Shown: positions 39,633 through 52,749 of the stretch, piece by piece
How the letters are laid out: each line of letters begins with the position of its first letter
How positions within the stretch are numbered: position 1 is the first letter of the stretch
Position numbers and translations under genes: made by a program
NCBI GenBank assembly: GCA_951406725.2
Contig: OX597822.1
Location: 66,898,001-66,962,000, forward strand
Reading direction: 5' to 3'
DNA: 64,000 nt
Origin: Octopus vulgaris
Taxonomy: Eukaryota
The notes under the pieces: generated by a model
Database searches by the model: none
The model's input: only the letters and a program-made list of their open reading frames with translations
What the model was told of the DNA's origin: nothing

Positions 39633-40271
39633 GAAGCTAAAACAATTCACAAACTGCTACTTAGATGTCATTACACATAACTGATATTTTGGAACAGACG
39701 TTGCAAGTGCTCAGTCTTATCTGATGATAATATAATTATCAGCTAACTAAAACACTGATTTCTGAGTTCTGAACCTCAAAAGAACAGCATATTTTACTCT
39801 CGCTTTGGTATTGGATTACCATTTTCTCTGACGTGATCTGCCTTTACGTAATTATATAATCACATACCTACACATACATATATATATATATACGTGTGTG
39901 TATGTGCGAGTGCATCTGTGTGTGTGTGTGTGTGTTTAATTGTACTGTGTATGAGTGGAGGGACCTTCGTAATATATATATATATATATTGCCGTATATA
40001 CCGCTTTCTTCGTTCTCAGTTCAAATTCCAATGATACAGCCTTTTACTCGGATCGATAAAACTACTCTCCCAGTTAAGTAAGAGTAACTATGCAATCACC
40101 CGAGACCCACACCACTAAATCTGCTGTTCATCCCCCTAAATCAGAAATAATTTGAGTGTTGTGATATTTGTGTGTATGAGAGCGTGTTGAGTGAGTATAT
40201 GTGTGTGCGTGTGTCTGGCTTCAAGGGGAGAAAGAGTGGAACATGTTTTGAGATGAAAATCTATTGATATT

Positions 40272-40690
40272 ATTCTTTAAGCTTTTACTTGTTTCAATCA
40301 TTTGACTGCGGCCATGCTGGAGCACCGCCTTCAGTCGAGCAAATCGACCCCAGGACTTATTCTTTGTAAGCCTAGTACTTATTCTATCATTCACTTTTGC
40401 CGAACCGCTAAGTTACGGGGACGTAAACACACCAGCATCGGTTGTCAAGCTTTGTTGGGGGGGGGGGGAACAGACACAGACGCACAAACATATACACACT
40501 CATATATAAATACACATATATACTACGGGCTTCTTTCAGTTTCCGTCTACCAAATCCACTCACAAGGCTTTGGTTGGCCCGAGGCTCTAGTAGAAGACAC
40601 TTTGCCCAAGGTGCCACGCAGTGGAACTGAACCCAGAACCATGTGATTGGTAAGCAAGTTACTTACCACATAGCCACTTCTACGCCTATG
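40272..40690 (-). mobile_element. SINE family 1, full length
   Basis: Collinear with 21038-21428. Confidence 0.9.
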
Positions 40691-41214
40691 ATACTAATTT
40701 TCGTTTTTAGTTTTTAGTTGTAACTCAAGTTTAGGTGCAGCATGTATGTCACCAAAGGATTACGTAATAGAAGAAATCAAACAAGTGTTAGAATACATCT
40801 ATAATTGTATTATGATGTATATTTTCTTCTGTGATTAAAAAGCTCCATAGAAATATTGACGAGAATACAGTAGACAACAAAAAAAACACAGTTATGACTT
40901 AACATAAAAATTCTTCACATCAATCCATACCAAGCAATGTAATGTGTTTCTTTATTTTTTTTCGATGTCTGTTTTTAGTTTTGGTTTCTCTTAACTCGTA
41001 TCATGTATTAATTTGAGATTATTCTTTGCATTCGGAAATACATTTGTATTTAATAGTCTAGAAGTTTTGCAGAAAAAAACAATATATTAATAGTTGGGAA
41101 ACAATGAAACGATTGCATATTTATCTATCTATCTTTATATCTCTAATAGAAGATATACACCGCATACAATGGCATACAGAAAAAACTCAAACAAACATGA
41201 GCACAAATATTCTT

Positions 41215-41469
41215 GTATATATAATATATATGTATATATATACATATATATACTTCTATATATATATATGTATATATATATACATATATATATATATACA
41301 TGTATTTATATAAAACCATATATATATATATACATTTATATATAATATATATATTTATATATATATATATATATATACATATATATATAAAATATATATA
41401 TACATCTATATAATATATATATCTATATACACACATAAATATCCATACATACAAATATATATATATGTA

Positions 41470-41535
<66 letters not shown>
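41215..41535. repeat. Degenerate (TA)n-rich low-complexity tract
   Basis: Directly visible. Confidence 0.9.
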
Positions 41536-41537
<2 letters not shown>

Positions 41538-42040
41538 ATTGTTTTTTGTTTGGGCTATTTACAGCTTTATTTTGGTTTGTTACGCACTGTTGGTTCTGTC
41601 TAATAGATCCGGTGTTTTTCCTCTTCAACAAAACAGAATACACCGCAGTTATTAGTTTCTTTGCAAATATTATCTCATTATTCGACGTATACTACCTCAC
41701 TAAATTGTATTTTCTATGTATAATCTTCCTGGTATATTTCTACGTTCCTCGTTATTCCATTATTATTATTATTATTATGTGTTTTTTATTATCACCTATT
41801 TAGGAGAATATTGAAATCATGTCTAGTCGCTTCACTGCTGTTATTCTTTTTTTGTTTTTTTTTTTTGTTTGTTTGTTTTCTCTTTCTGTTTATAGCTATT
41901 ATAGAGTGTAATGTACAAAAGAGAAATGAACATAGGAAATCAAAGTAAATAAATTTCTGATTTACATAGGCTAAGAAATTAGCAATAAATCAAGTGTTGA
42001 TTATGATGATGATGATGAAATAATAATAATAATAATAATA

Positions 42041-42082
<42 letters not shown>

Positions 42083-42172
42083 GTAATAATATTAATCATT
42101 TATACTATAGGCAAAAGGCCTGGAATTTGTGGGTAGAGTACTAGTCGTTTACATCGGCCCCAATGTTTTTCT

Positions 42173-42231
<59 letters not shown>

Positions 42232-43187
42232 TGAAAGAAAGAGATAGTTTAGCGTACAAATTCCACTGCCATTAGAAGTTAACTTTCCATTTCTTTTGTC
42301 TGTCTTTAAGTACATCCGGGGTGCTACTTTTCGATAGAGTTTTTAATTTCTTATTTGAATATCTGCAATTTGTCAATAGAACTAACGGCTTTAATTGTTT
42401 CTCTGTGTTGTAGCAGTTTGCAGTTGCTGTATTAATGTAAGACAGAAATAAGTTAACATATATTATAAATGTAACGAAGATCTTCATTATGCCTGGTAAA
42501 TATGTCGAAAAGCGGTTATAGATATCTGGTCACCAAACATTTAGGCACAAACGTTATTGATATAGCGTCTAGGAACAATATGCCAAAAATACACTGACCC
42601 GCTTGTAAATGATCCTGAATTTCTCTACCAATACTATCATATCTATCTTGTCTCATTCACCACCACAAAGGTACAATCATTGTATGTATAAACAGAAAAA
42701 AAAAACGATGCCTTAAGAATAGACATCACACTAGTACAAAACCCAGAACACGGTTAAAAGTAATTTCGAAGGCGAGGAAAAATAAAGACATTTTCAATAG
42801 TTACCACTTGTTCCTAGGATTCGAATATTAATGACAAAATTAAGATAATTTGTTATACGTGTTCTTCGTCAGTAAGGTCGCTAGTAATTAATGTACAATT
42901 ATGGGACAAATAGAGAGCACACGTCTCATCTTTATACAATATAATTTTTGAAATGCACCGCGCAAGGTCACCTCTTTTGTGTATGAATGTACATTAATTT
43001 TATATGAAATATATGTTGTCTATTGACTAGTTTATGCATGCTAGCCATTGGTAGAATATTTCTTTAATTTCTCTATCCTGTATATATTTTCATAATATGA
43101 TTTTAGTAATTTTGAAGAAAGTCGGTATATAAATGTTATTTACTGCCGACTATAACTGCGCTTGCGCGGTGGATTTGAAAGACTATA

Positions 43188-43278
43188 ATGTATAAAGATG
43201 AGACAAATTTTTTTTTCTGATGTGGGTACTCTAAATTTAGGGCACCCGCATCTGAAAAAAAAATTTACTTTTATACAT
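43188..43278. repeat. ~90-nt inverted repeat (MITE-like)
   Basis: AAATTTTTTTTTCTGATGTGGGTACTCTAA pairs with TTAGGGCACCCGCATCTGAAAAAAAAATTT; outer ATGTATAAA/TTTATACAT. Confidence 0.75.
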
Positions 43279-43334
43279 AATTTAGATATTCTAAGAACAG
43301 TCGACTACTTCACATACACTCGCACACCATTACC

Positions 43335-43420
<86 letters not shown>

Positions 43421-44237
43421 CTATATATATATATATTCATATATATACGTATGTATGTATATATGTACGTATGTACGTATGTATATATGTGCGTATGTAC
43501 GTATGTATATATGTGCGTATGTACGTATGCATGTATGTATATATGTACGTACGTATGCATGAATGTATGTATGCATGTATGTATGTAAGTATGTACGTAT
43601 ACATGCACTTATGTATGTAAGTAAGCATGCATCTATATAGGTATGAATACATATTGTGTCGAAATTCGTACGTATATATATACTTTCGAATGTCTGTATT
43701 CTATAGTTCGCATTGTGCGCAATGAATTGTGGTTTGGAAGCATCATTCCGATATGACATACACACTTCAAACTGTACTTGTTACTTGCACATCTTGCGGA
43801 AGAAAGTCCTACCCTATTTTTATCTCCATTTTTATCACGTACAAAAATCTTCGATATTCTTCTCAATGCGGTAAAATGCACTCCCTGTTCTTCGCAGTTG
43901 TTTTTATAATTTATTAAAAGATAGAACGATAAGTTGTATGTTTATATTGCTTTGTCCTATTTTCTTGACTTTCATTTTTTTACGGTTGCATTTGATTTCT
44001 TTTTCGATAATGATGTTTACACGCGATGGTAAATAGCACCAACAATTTATAATAAAAATAAGCTAATGGATTATGTACTCGTATATATTGTTGCCATTTC
44101 AATTTGGCTACTCGTCATATTTATTGAAATTTTCTTACAATTTATTGAAGATGATTGATTATTCTTTTAAATGACAAACTTATTATTTGTGGCGATTCAC
44201 TTATTATTGTTTTGTTGGTATGATCAGGAATCACTTT

Positions 44238-45842
44238 AAGGCGGTGAGCTGGCAGAAGCGCTAGCGCGCCAGGCGAAATGCTTAGCGGTATTTTGTCTTT
44301 CGCTACGTTCTGAGTTCAAATTCCGCCGAGGTCAACTTTGCCTTTCATCCTTTCGGAGTCGATTAAATAAGTACCAGTTACGCACGGGGGTCGATATAAT
44401 CGACTTAATCCGTTTGTCTGTCCTTCTGTGTAGTCCCTTGTGGGTAGTAAAGAAATAGGTATTTCGTCTGTCGTTACGTTGTGAGTTCAAATTCCGCCGA
44501 GGCCGACTTTGCCTTTCATCCTTTCGCGGTCGATAAATTAAGTACCAGTTACGCACTGGGGTCGATGTAATCGACTTAATACCTATGTCTGTCCTTGTTT
44601 GTCCCCTCTATGTTCAGCCCCTTGTGGGTAATAAAGAAATAGGTATTTCATCCGCCGCTACGTTCTGAGTTCAAATTCCGCCGAAGTCAAATTTGTCTTT
44701 CATCCTTTCGTAGTCGATTAAATAAGTACCAGTTACACACTGGGGTCGACATAATCGACTTAATCCGTTTGTCTGTCCTTGTTTGTCCTCTGTATTTAGC
44801 CTCTTGTGCGTAGTAAAGAAATAGGTATTTCGCCCGTCGCTAGTTCAAATTCCGCCGAGGTTGACTTTGTCTGTCCTTGGTTGTAACCTCTATATTTAGC
44901 CCATTGTGGGCAATAAAAAAATAAGAATCTTTAGCGCGCTGTTTGAAATACTTAGCGGTATTTCGCCCGTCGCTACGTTGTGTTCAAATTCCACTGAGGT
45001 CAACTTTGTCTTTCTTCATTTCGGGTTCGATAAAATAAGTAACAGTTAAACACTTGGGTCGATGTAATCGGCTCATCCCCACCTCCGCAAAGCTTCTCTT
45101 TTGGCAAAAATTTGAAATAATTATTAGGAATCAATATTTAAGGCTGCATGTTGACAGAATTGTGAGCACGCCGGACGAAATTCTTAGTGGCATTATTCCC
45201 CATTTACGTTCTGAGTTCAAATTCCGTTGAGATCAAATTTTTCTTCCTTGGTCGATGTGGAGGCACATTGCCTAGTGGTTAGAGCAGCAAACTCACGGTC
45301 GAGGGATCGAGGGAGGGTTCGAATCTCAGACTGGGCGATGTGTGTTTTTATGAGCGGAACACCTAAGCTCTACGAGGTTCCAGTAGAAGGTAATGGCAAA
45401 CTTCTGCTGACTCTTTCGCCACAACTTTCTTTCATTCTTTCCTCCTGCATCTTGCAGCTCACCTGCGACGGAACGGCGTCCCGTTCAGGTGGGGAACCTA
45501 TACGCCAAAGTAACCAGGCGTGGCTCGAGAAGGAACATCATTATTCTTGGTCGATAAAATAAGAACCAGTTTAGCACTGATGGCGATGTAATCAACTTGG
45601 CCTCATCTCCGAAATTGCTGTCCTTTTGTCGAAATTTGAAACCGTTAATAGAAATCAGCATAAGTGCGAACTGACAGGATCGTCATCAGTTAGCGGCATT
45701 TCGTCCGTCTTTTCGTCCTCAGTTCAAATATATCCCAGATCGTTTTTGCCTTTCATTCTTTCTGGCTCTATCAAATAAATACCAGTGGCGCACTTACTCC
45801 GCCCCCAAAATTGATGGCGCTGTGCCGAAATTTGAAACCAAT
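44238..45842 (+). mobile_element. SINE family 2 stack of ~7 units (A,A,A,partial A,C,C,C)
   Basis: Units restart at 44458, 44642, 44824, 44924, ~45139 and ~45661; divergence increases 5' to 3'. Confidence 0.88.
45258..45537 (+). mobile_element. SINE family 3 nested in a family-2 unit
   Basis: GGAGGCACATTGCCTAGTGGTTAGAGC..GGTTCGAATCTC; host sequence TTCTT..TGGTCGAT repeated on both sides. Confidence 0.85.
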
Positions 45843-46169
45843 ATTAGAAAATGGGAAATCATGCATTTTTTTTATTCGTTTCCTTCTCCCTGTCTTTTTC
45901 ACCATGAAAGAAGGAATTTTTTCCAGAAACGTGAGTGGGGATTGACATATGCCTGTTTTTCAGACAAAAGCGATGGAAATATGTGCCATGTCGCTAAGAA
46001 CGAGGGTAAAACTAGAAGCAAGTGAACTAGTCGAGACTCATAAGACCAAAAGATACTGATATAACTATTGACTCTTGGATTGTCATCATCATTACGATAC
46101 AGCGGATACTGGTATGACCTATGTAGGACGGACCTACATATTTTGATTAAGTCATTTTTGTATTATCTT

Positions 46170-46470
46170 CTATTCATTCTGTGTAAATATTTGCACGTTT
46201 TGGAGGTTTCTTTCATGAATTTTCAACTTGGTCTTTAAATAATGCATAATGTTCTTCACCCTTCTATTCGACTTTGTAGAATTTCTTGTTGCAATCCGTG
46301 CACGTTCGTAAGTATCCCGTCCTTCATACTTTCTTGTGTCCTTGAGCGTGTGCTTGCAACTTAGGACCTCGCGAAACAAGTACATGACTGTCAGTAGCGA
46401 TTTCTTTCGCTAGTCAGTGGAATTGATTAAGATTCTCTGTGTCAGGATCCGATCGATCGACAGTTGAATC
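46170..46470 (-). mobile_element. Possible piggyBac transposase C-terminal remnant
   Basis: KHTLKDTRKYEGR then (frameshift) RTCTDCNKKF, resembling the H-x-L...RCxxC cysteine-rich domain. Confidence 0.35.
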
Positions 46471-47925
46471 AAAACTGGACATTTATTACGAGTTTACTGA
46501 CTGTTATCTCTCTCTCTTGTATGAATATAAGAGGAATTAGTCCTTTAAGATTTGCTAATGTCTTCATCGCATGTTACTATACAGTCGCTTAACCGTCAAG
46601 CCTTGCCGCAAGGAATATATAAGTAAACAGCAGAGATTACTTTACCACTTTTTAGTAAAAATTTCAGCTAGTCAAGAATATGTTTTTCTCACCAAATTAG
46701 TATTGTTGTGACACAGTGAGACTCACACATCGGCAGATAATAACGTCACCACTCTCACGGTGACCACAATGAAAACGGAAGCGAATTTATGTAGGCGTTT
46801 TTCGTGAGACACGTTTCACCACAGCCCATTTTCTTACCAAGCTGTAATCAAGGGCGATGCGCAGACTGATATTCGCTGCGTGGCATCTATAAAGTTGGCA
46901 GCGAATCAGACTAAAAATTTGACAAATATTAATACCATGCTTTCCGGAGATCAAATATTTGCGGTGTCCGTATAATATGCGTAAGTAGCGTACGTTTTAA
47001 ATCTAATGAAGCTGAGGAAAGTTTATTGCTAACGGAAATACTAACATTCACCAAGAAATCACACGATTACCTCCCTTTATAGTGTTATTTTTAAGTTCAT
47101 CGTTTCTAATCTTACAACACAAACCTTTACATTTTTTTTTTGTTTTTCGGGGTTTTATTTTTCTCTCAGAAATAGTCATGTTCACCGGCTCCATGATTAT
47201 TAATTTCCGACTAGATAAACATAATTGCCGTCCCTATCAAACACATCTGGATGTTATATGAACCAGCGCATGTACCACTGTAGGGAAGAAATTATGCTTG
47301 GTTAAAGCCATCATTACTGATGGCTTCTGATACAGCAATTAGTGAAGGTTTCCAAATATGTTGTTATTTACTTGGCTAACACAGCTATCAGTTATCTTAT
47401 CTCACAGTCGCTGGCAGGCATTTACAGATACGCCATATCATATTAATGATACCGTTTGTAAACATTGTATACCTGTATGCACACATCAACAAGGACACAC
47501 ATACACATAGTATAACACAAATATATATCCATGCACGAGCAAATATGCAAAAATATATACAAATACGAACACATGTTCAGATTTACATATATATACGCTA
47601 CTATATATAGAGTCTTCCATTTCTTCGGTTTCATTTTTCATAGTGAAAATGTCATATCTCACTCTAAGAAATAAGTTTTAAAATGAGAACGACAGCTTTC
47701 CCAGTGACAATTAAATTTAGAACGCTGAGAATTGCAATTTTTCACTGTAAGACATTCTGTTTAGTTATAGAAAGTAAGGTTATTTTGAAGTATATTAGTA
47801 CTGAAGGGCAGTTTCATATGGAGTGTGGTCATGAACTATTGTGAAACCAATGTTTCAGATTCACATACATATACGGATATATCTGAAGGAATGTACCGTT
47901 CCATATTGTATGCGTTTGCGTTTGT

Positions 47926-48362
47926 AAGGCGGCGAGCTGACAGAAGCGTAGGCACGCCAGGCGAAATGCTTAGCTGTATTTCGTCTGTCTTTACGTTCTG
48001 AGTTCAAATTCCGCCGAGATCGACTTTAGCTTTCTCCATTTCGAGGTCGATAAATTAAATGCCAGTTTCGTATTTGGGTCGATCAAATCGACTGGCCCGC
48101 TCCCCCAAAATTTCGGGCCCTGTGCCTAAAGTACGAAATATTATTGTATGTGTTTGAGTTTGTAAGGCGGCGAGCTGGCAGTATCGCTAGCACGCTGGAC
48201 GAAATGCTAAGCGGTATTTCGTCTGCCGCTACGTTTTGGGTTCAAATACCGCCGTGGTCGAATTTGCCTTTCATCATTTCGAGGTCAAAGACATAAGTAC
48301 CGTCTCATGTAAATGATTCATCTCCACCACCCCTAAGCTGTCCTGTGGCCAAAAATTAAAAT
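47926..48362 (+). mobile_element. SINE family 2 pair (tail B then tail C) separated by a duplicated 22-bp target
   Basis: TATTGTATG(C/T)GTTTG(C/A)GTTTGT precedes both heads (47904-47925, 48142-48163). Confidence 0.9.
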
Positions 48363-48509
48363 AATTATTATGTGTAGGCATGTGTTTGAATCTAAATAAC
48401 ATTATACGCATCTAAATTTATAAGTACAAATTAAGTGTATAGTTCTCTCTGTGGATAACATTTTGCATGCAGGCACATATGTGTATGTGAGTGCATGTGT
48501 ATATATATG

Positions 48510-48883
48510 CTTTTATTCTTTTCTATCATTTGTTTCAGGCATTTGACTGTGGTCATTCTGGAGTACCACCTTCAGTCGAACAAATCGACACTAGTACTTA
48601 TTCTTTCTAAACCTAGTACTTATTCTATCGTTATCTTATGCCGAACTGCTAAGATATGGGGACTTAAACACATCAACATCGGTTGTCAACCGATGGTACG
48701 GGGACAAACACAGACACACATATATACGACGGGCTCCTTTAGTTTCCGTCTACTAAATCCATTCACAAGGCTTTCGTCAGCCTGAGGCTAAAGAAGACAC
48801 TTGCCTAAGGCATCACGCAGAGGGACTGAACCCGGAAGCATGTGGTTGGGAAGCATGTTAATCACCACACAGCCACTCCTGCG

Positions 48884-48888
<5 letters not shown>
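48510..48888 (-). mobile_element. SINE family 1, full length
   Basis: Collinear with 21038-21428. Confidence 0.88.
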
Positions 48889-48970
<82 letters not shown>

Positions 48971-49178
48971 CATATTGGTGAATTGAAGAAATGGAGCTAT
49001 GAACAGAAATCGTTTTATTTCATTCTACACGTGTTTGCACAAATTACAAAATCCGATTGAATATGGGACCATATTGTGTCTTTTCTTCAGAAGAAAATAG
49101 AAATCCGTTGGAAAAACAAAAACAGAACAGAGGCGGAGCAAAAACAAATCGAACTATGCTCCTAAGTACTGTAGATGT

Positions 49179-49230
<52 letters not shown>

Positions 49231-49252
49231 GTGTGTGTATATGTGTAGATAC

Positions 49253-49284
<32 letters not shown>

Positions 49285-49629
49285 GTCTGCGTGTGTGTAT
49301 GTGCATGCATGTATGAACATACATGTGTGCTCATGCTTATATAGGACGAATGATATGCATATTTATTCGCGATTTGAAAATCACAGTTTACGGTAGATAT
49401 TTGTACAAATGAATGTGTCGCTTGTGTAAATATATAATAGAAGGAGATTAATCTTCACACAGCTTCCTTACTCAGAGTAAACATTAATTCCCTTAACACA
49501 TGAATAATTCTAATCAAACAATGGCAAATTCTATCTCGAAACTAATTATCGCAAAATTAATTGGTTAACCTCATGTTTCCAATTAGTATACTAGTATTCG
49601 AATAATCTGTGCGTGAATAATAATTAATT

Positions 49630-50998
49630 GTTTCTGATTTAGGCTCGATGCCAGCAAATTTGAAGCGAGAGGGTTATTTGATACCATCGACTACAGTACG
49701 TGTTAGGTACTATATATTATTGACCCTGAAAGAATGAAACAAAATACTGACGTCAGTGGGATTTGAACTCGGGTCATAAAGGTCCAGACAGAAATACGTC
49801 AAAACATATCTTCAGATGATCAAGCGAATTTGAAAGCTCGCGCTATTTGGGTGATTAATAAATAATGGCTTAAAATATTGACATATGGCCAAAAGTCTTT
49901 GCCGAGAGAGAGAGAGTGCGGTTCATTACATCGTCAACAGTTTTAGACTTCTACTTATTTTGTCGACCTCGAAAGAATGAAAGGCAAATTAGAATTCGGT
50001 GAAATTTGAACCCAGAACGAATAGACGGACGAAATGCCGTTATGCATTTTACCGAGCGTGCAAACGTTTCTGCTGACTATTAAATAATATTTTCTACTCT
50101 ATACACAAGGCCTGAAATTTTAGAGAAGAGTCTAGTTGATTATATCGACCCAAGTACTCAACTACCACATATTTTATCGATTCCGAAAGAATAAGGGGCA
50201 AGGTCGACTCCGGTGGTCGAACGGAAAAACAGGCGAAATGACACAATGAATTCTGCTACACCCTGTAACAATTCTTCCTGCACGTCATTCACTGATTAAT
50301 AAATATTCTTTTCTACTCTAGACACAAGGCCCCAAATTTTGGGGGCGGGTGCTTGTCGATTATTTAATCCCAGTACGCAACTGGTTCTTAATTTATCGAC
50401 CCCGAAAGGAAGAAAGGCAAAGTCGACCTCGGCGGAATTTGAACTCAGCCCCTAACGGCAAACGAAATACTGCTAAGCATTTCGCTCGACATGCTAAAGT
50501 TTCTTATTTCTTTATTGCTCACAAAGGGCTAAACAAAGAGGGGTCAAACAAGGAAAGACAAACAGATTAAGCCGATTACATCTACCCCAGTGCGTAACTG
50601 GTACTTAATTTATCGACTCCGAACGGATGAAAGGCTAAGTCGACCTCGTCGGAATTTGAACTCAGAACGTAACAGCAGACGAAATACTAAGCATTTCGCC
50701 CGGCGTGCTAATGTTTCTGCCAGCTCGCCAACTTATGATTAATGAATATTTATTTCTTTATTGCCCACAGGGGGCTCAACATAGAGTGGACAAACAAGGA
50801 CAGACAAATGGATTAAGTCGATTACACTAACCCCAGTGCGTAACTGGTACTTATTTAATCGATCCCGAAGGATGAATGGCAAAGTCGACATAGGCGTAAT
50901 TTGAACTCAGAACGTAACGGCAGACGAAATACTGCTAAGCATTTCGCCCAGTGTGCTAAAATCTGTGCCAGCTCGCGGCCCTACGATTAATAAATATT
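49630..50998 (-). mobile_element. SINE family 2 stack of six units (from head side A,A,B,B,C,C)
   Basis: Units ~50750-50982, 50504-50732, 50306-50503, 50090-50290, 49867-50073, 49630-49843, mostly separated by GATTAATAAATATT-like spacers. Confidence 0.88.
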
Positions 50999-51554
50999 AG
51001 ACGTATACTTGTGTGTCTTTGCATACATCTTGCTTTAGTTTTGCTTAAGGCAAGGTCTATACTGGATTACCGCGTTTCACGATGTTTTTTTAAATTCTGG
51101 TTTTCACTTCAAACATGCTCATATCTAACAGGCCAGTAATGTTCCTTACTTTATAAATGCACGTCGCATCGCTAATTGGTGGGCACATCAAAGAGTTGTT
51201 AGATGCTCTTCTGCGGTATTTGAACCGTTTTGCTATGATTTTGATATAAAGAATGTGAACATCTAGGAGGCTACTAATTTTCTTTACTTTATTAGTGAAC
51301 ATGCCATCGTTAGTTGATGGATCAAAAGAGTTGTTAGAAGTTGTTCTGCTTTAGTTGAATCGCTGTTCAGATGGTTGGATGCATACCTCCGTAAGAAATG
51401 TATGTCTCTGCCTCCTAAATGTCTAATGCAAAATTTTGGTCACGTTTTATCGTACTGTATGTATTCTGTGGTAAAAATGAGGATGTTTCAAATGTAAATA
51501 TAACATTATATGTTCCTTATGAGCGTAGCTTAGAGAATGTGGAAAGGGTTTTCA

Positions 51555-51905
51555 ATGTGGATATGGGGTAAGATGTTTACTTCCCATCCACATGGTTCCG
51601 GGTTCATTCCCCTGCGACCATAGCTTCGTATCGACCTCGGCGTTGCGAGTAAATGTGGTTGACGGAAAAGGAAATAACGCCGAGTATATATATATGTGTG
51701 TGTGTGTGTGTTCATCCCTACCTTTGTTTGCCAACAGGTCTTTCTTTGTTTACGTCCATGTAACATAGCGGTTCAACAAAAAAACATTCCTATAGATTAA
51801 GTAGCAGGCTTTAACAATATTTGTATTAGGCAGTATTTCTTCGAGTAAACCTTCATAGGCAGCACTCCAGCATGGCCATAGTTCAATGACTGAAAAAAGT
51901 AAAAT
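51555..51905 (+). mobile_element. SINE family 1, diverged full copy
   Basis: CACATGGTTCCGGGTTCATTCCC..internal TA/TG..GTTTACGTCC..CTCCAGCATGGCC. Confidence 0.75.
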
Positions 51906-52471
51906 TCACTTCCCCATTCTTCTTATCTAGAATAATACATGAATACATACATACAAACACACACACGCACACACACAAACACACACACACATACACAAAC
52001 ACAAACACAAACACACGCACATGCACAAGCGCATATATGACGCCATCATTTTTTCCTACTTTCGTTCCAAACAGTAGAAATTCAATCCGTGAAAACGCTG
52101 CAAACTTTTAAGCTTTCCGATTAAGCTGATTGCACTTGATGCATTTTTTGCTAATCTAATCCTGCATTGCAAAAAACAAAAACTTTGTTTGCTATAATAG
52201 CATAGATTTAGTGCTACATTCTAAATCAAGTGATTATCAGATTTAACGCCGTTGTCTGATCTTTGGTTGCGACACCAGTGCCTGTTCTGGTACAGATTTT
52301 CTATATATTCTTAGCGGGGAGATGAGTCGCTGCTATCTCTAGCGGTCGAAGGTCCATCACCGACGTGATCAAAAGAGCTCGAAATCTCGTGATCTGGTGG
52401 TCTCGGCGCTGGAGTTGATGGGGATTTATCTTCCCGCTGCATTCTGCACCAAAAACCTATATGAGAGTTTC

Positions 52472-52697
52472 TTATTTCTTCATTGCCCACAAGGGGCTAC
52501 ACAGAGAGGGGACAAACAGGGACAGACAAACGGATTAAGTCGATTATATCGACCCCAGTGCGTAACTGGTACTTATTTAATCGACCATGAAAGGCAAAGT
52601 CGACCTCGGCGGAATTTGAACTCAGAACGTAGCGGGAGACGAAATACCGCTAAGCATTTCGCCCGACACGCTAACGCTTCTGCCAGCGCGCCGCCTT
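52472..52697 (-). mobile_element. SINE family 2 single young copy (tail A) with target-site duplication
   Basis: CCTATATGAGA(G/A)TTTCT present on both sides (~52456-52472 and 52698-52714). Confidence 0.9.
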
Positions 52698-52749
52698 CCT
52701 ATATGAGAATTTCTGACACGGTATATACTGTAGTATATACCGTGTTCTA

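Noticed and set aside
39721-39760. CTGATGA as a hammerhead core
   Set aside because: No GAAA partner or stem I/III
44238-45120. CRISPR array interpretation of the periodic repeats
   Set aside because: Eukaryotic context, no cas genes, and the long units are homologous SINEs rather than unique spacers; the resemblance is only architectural
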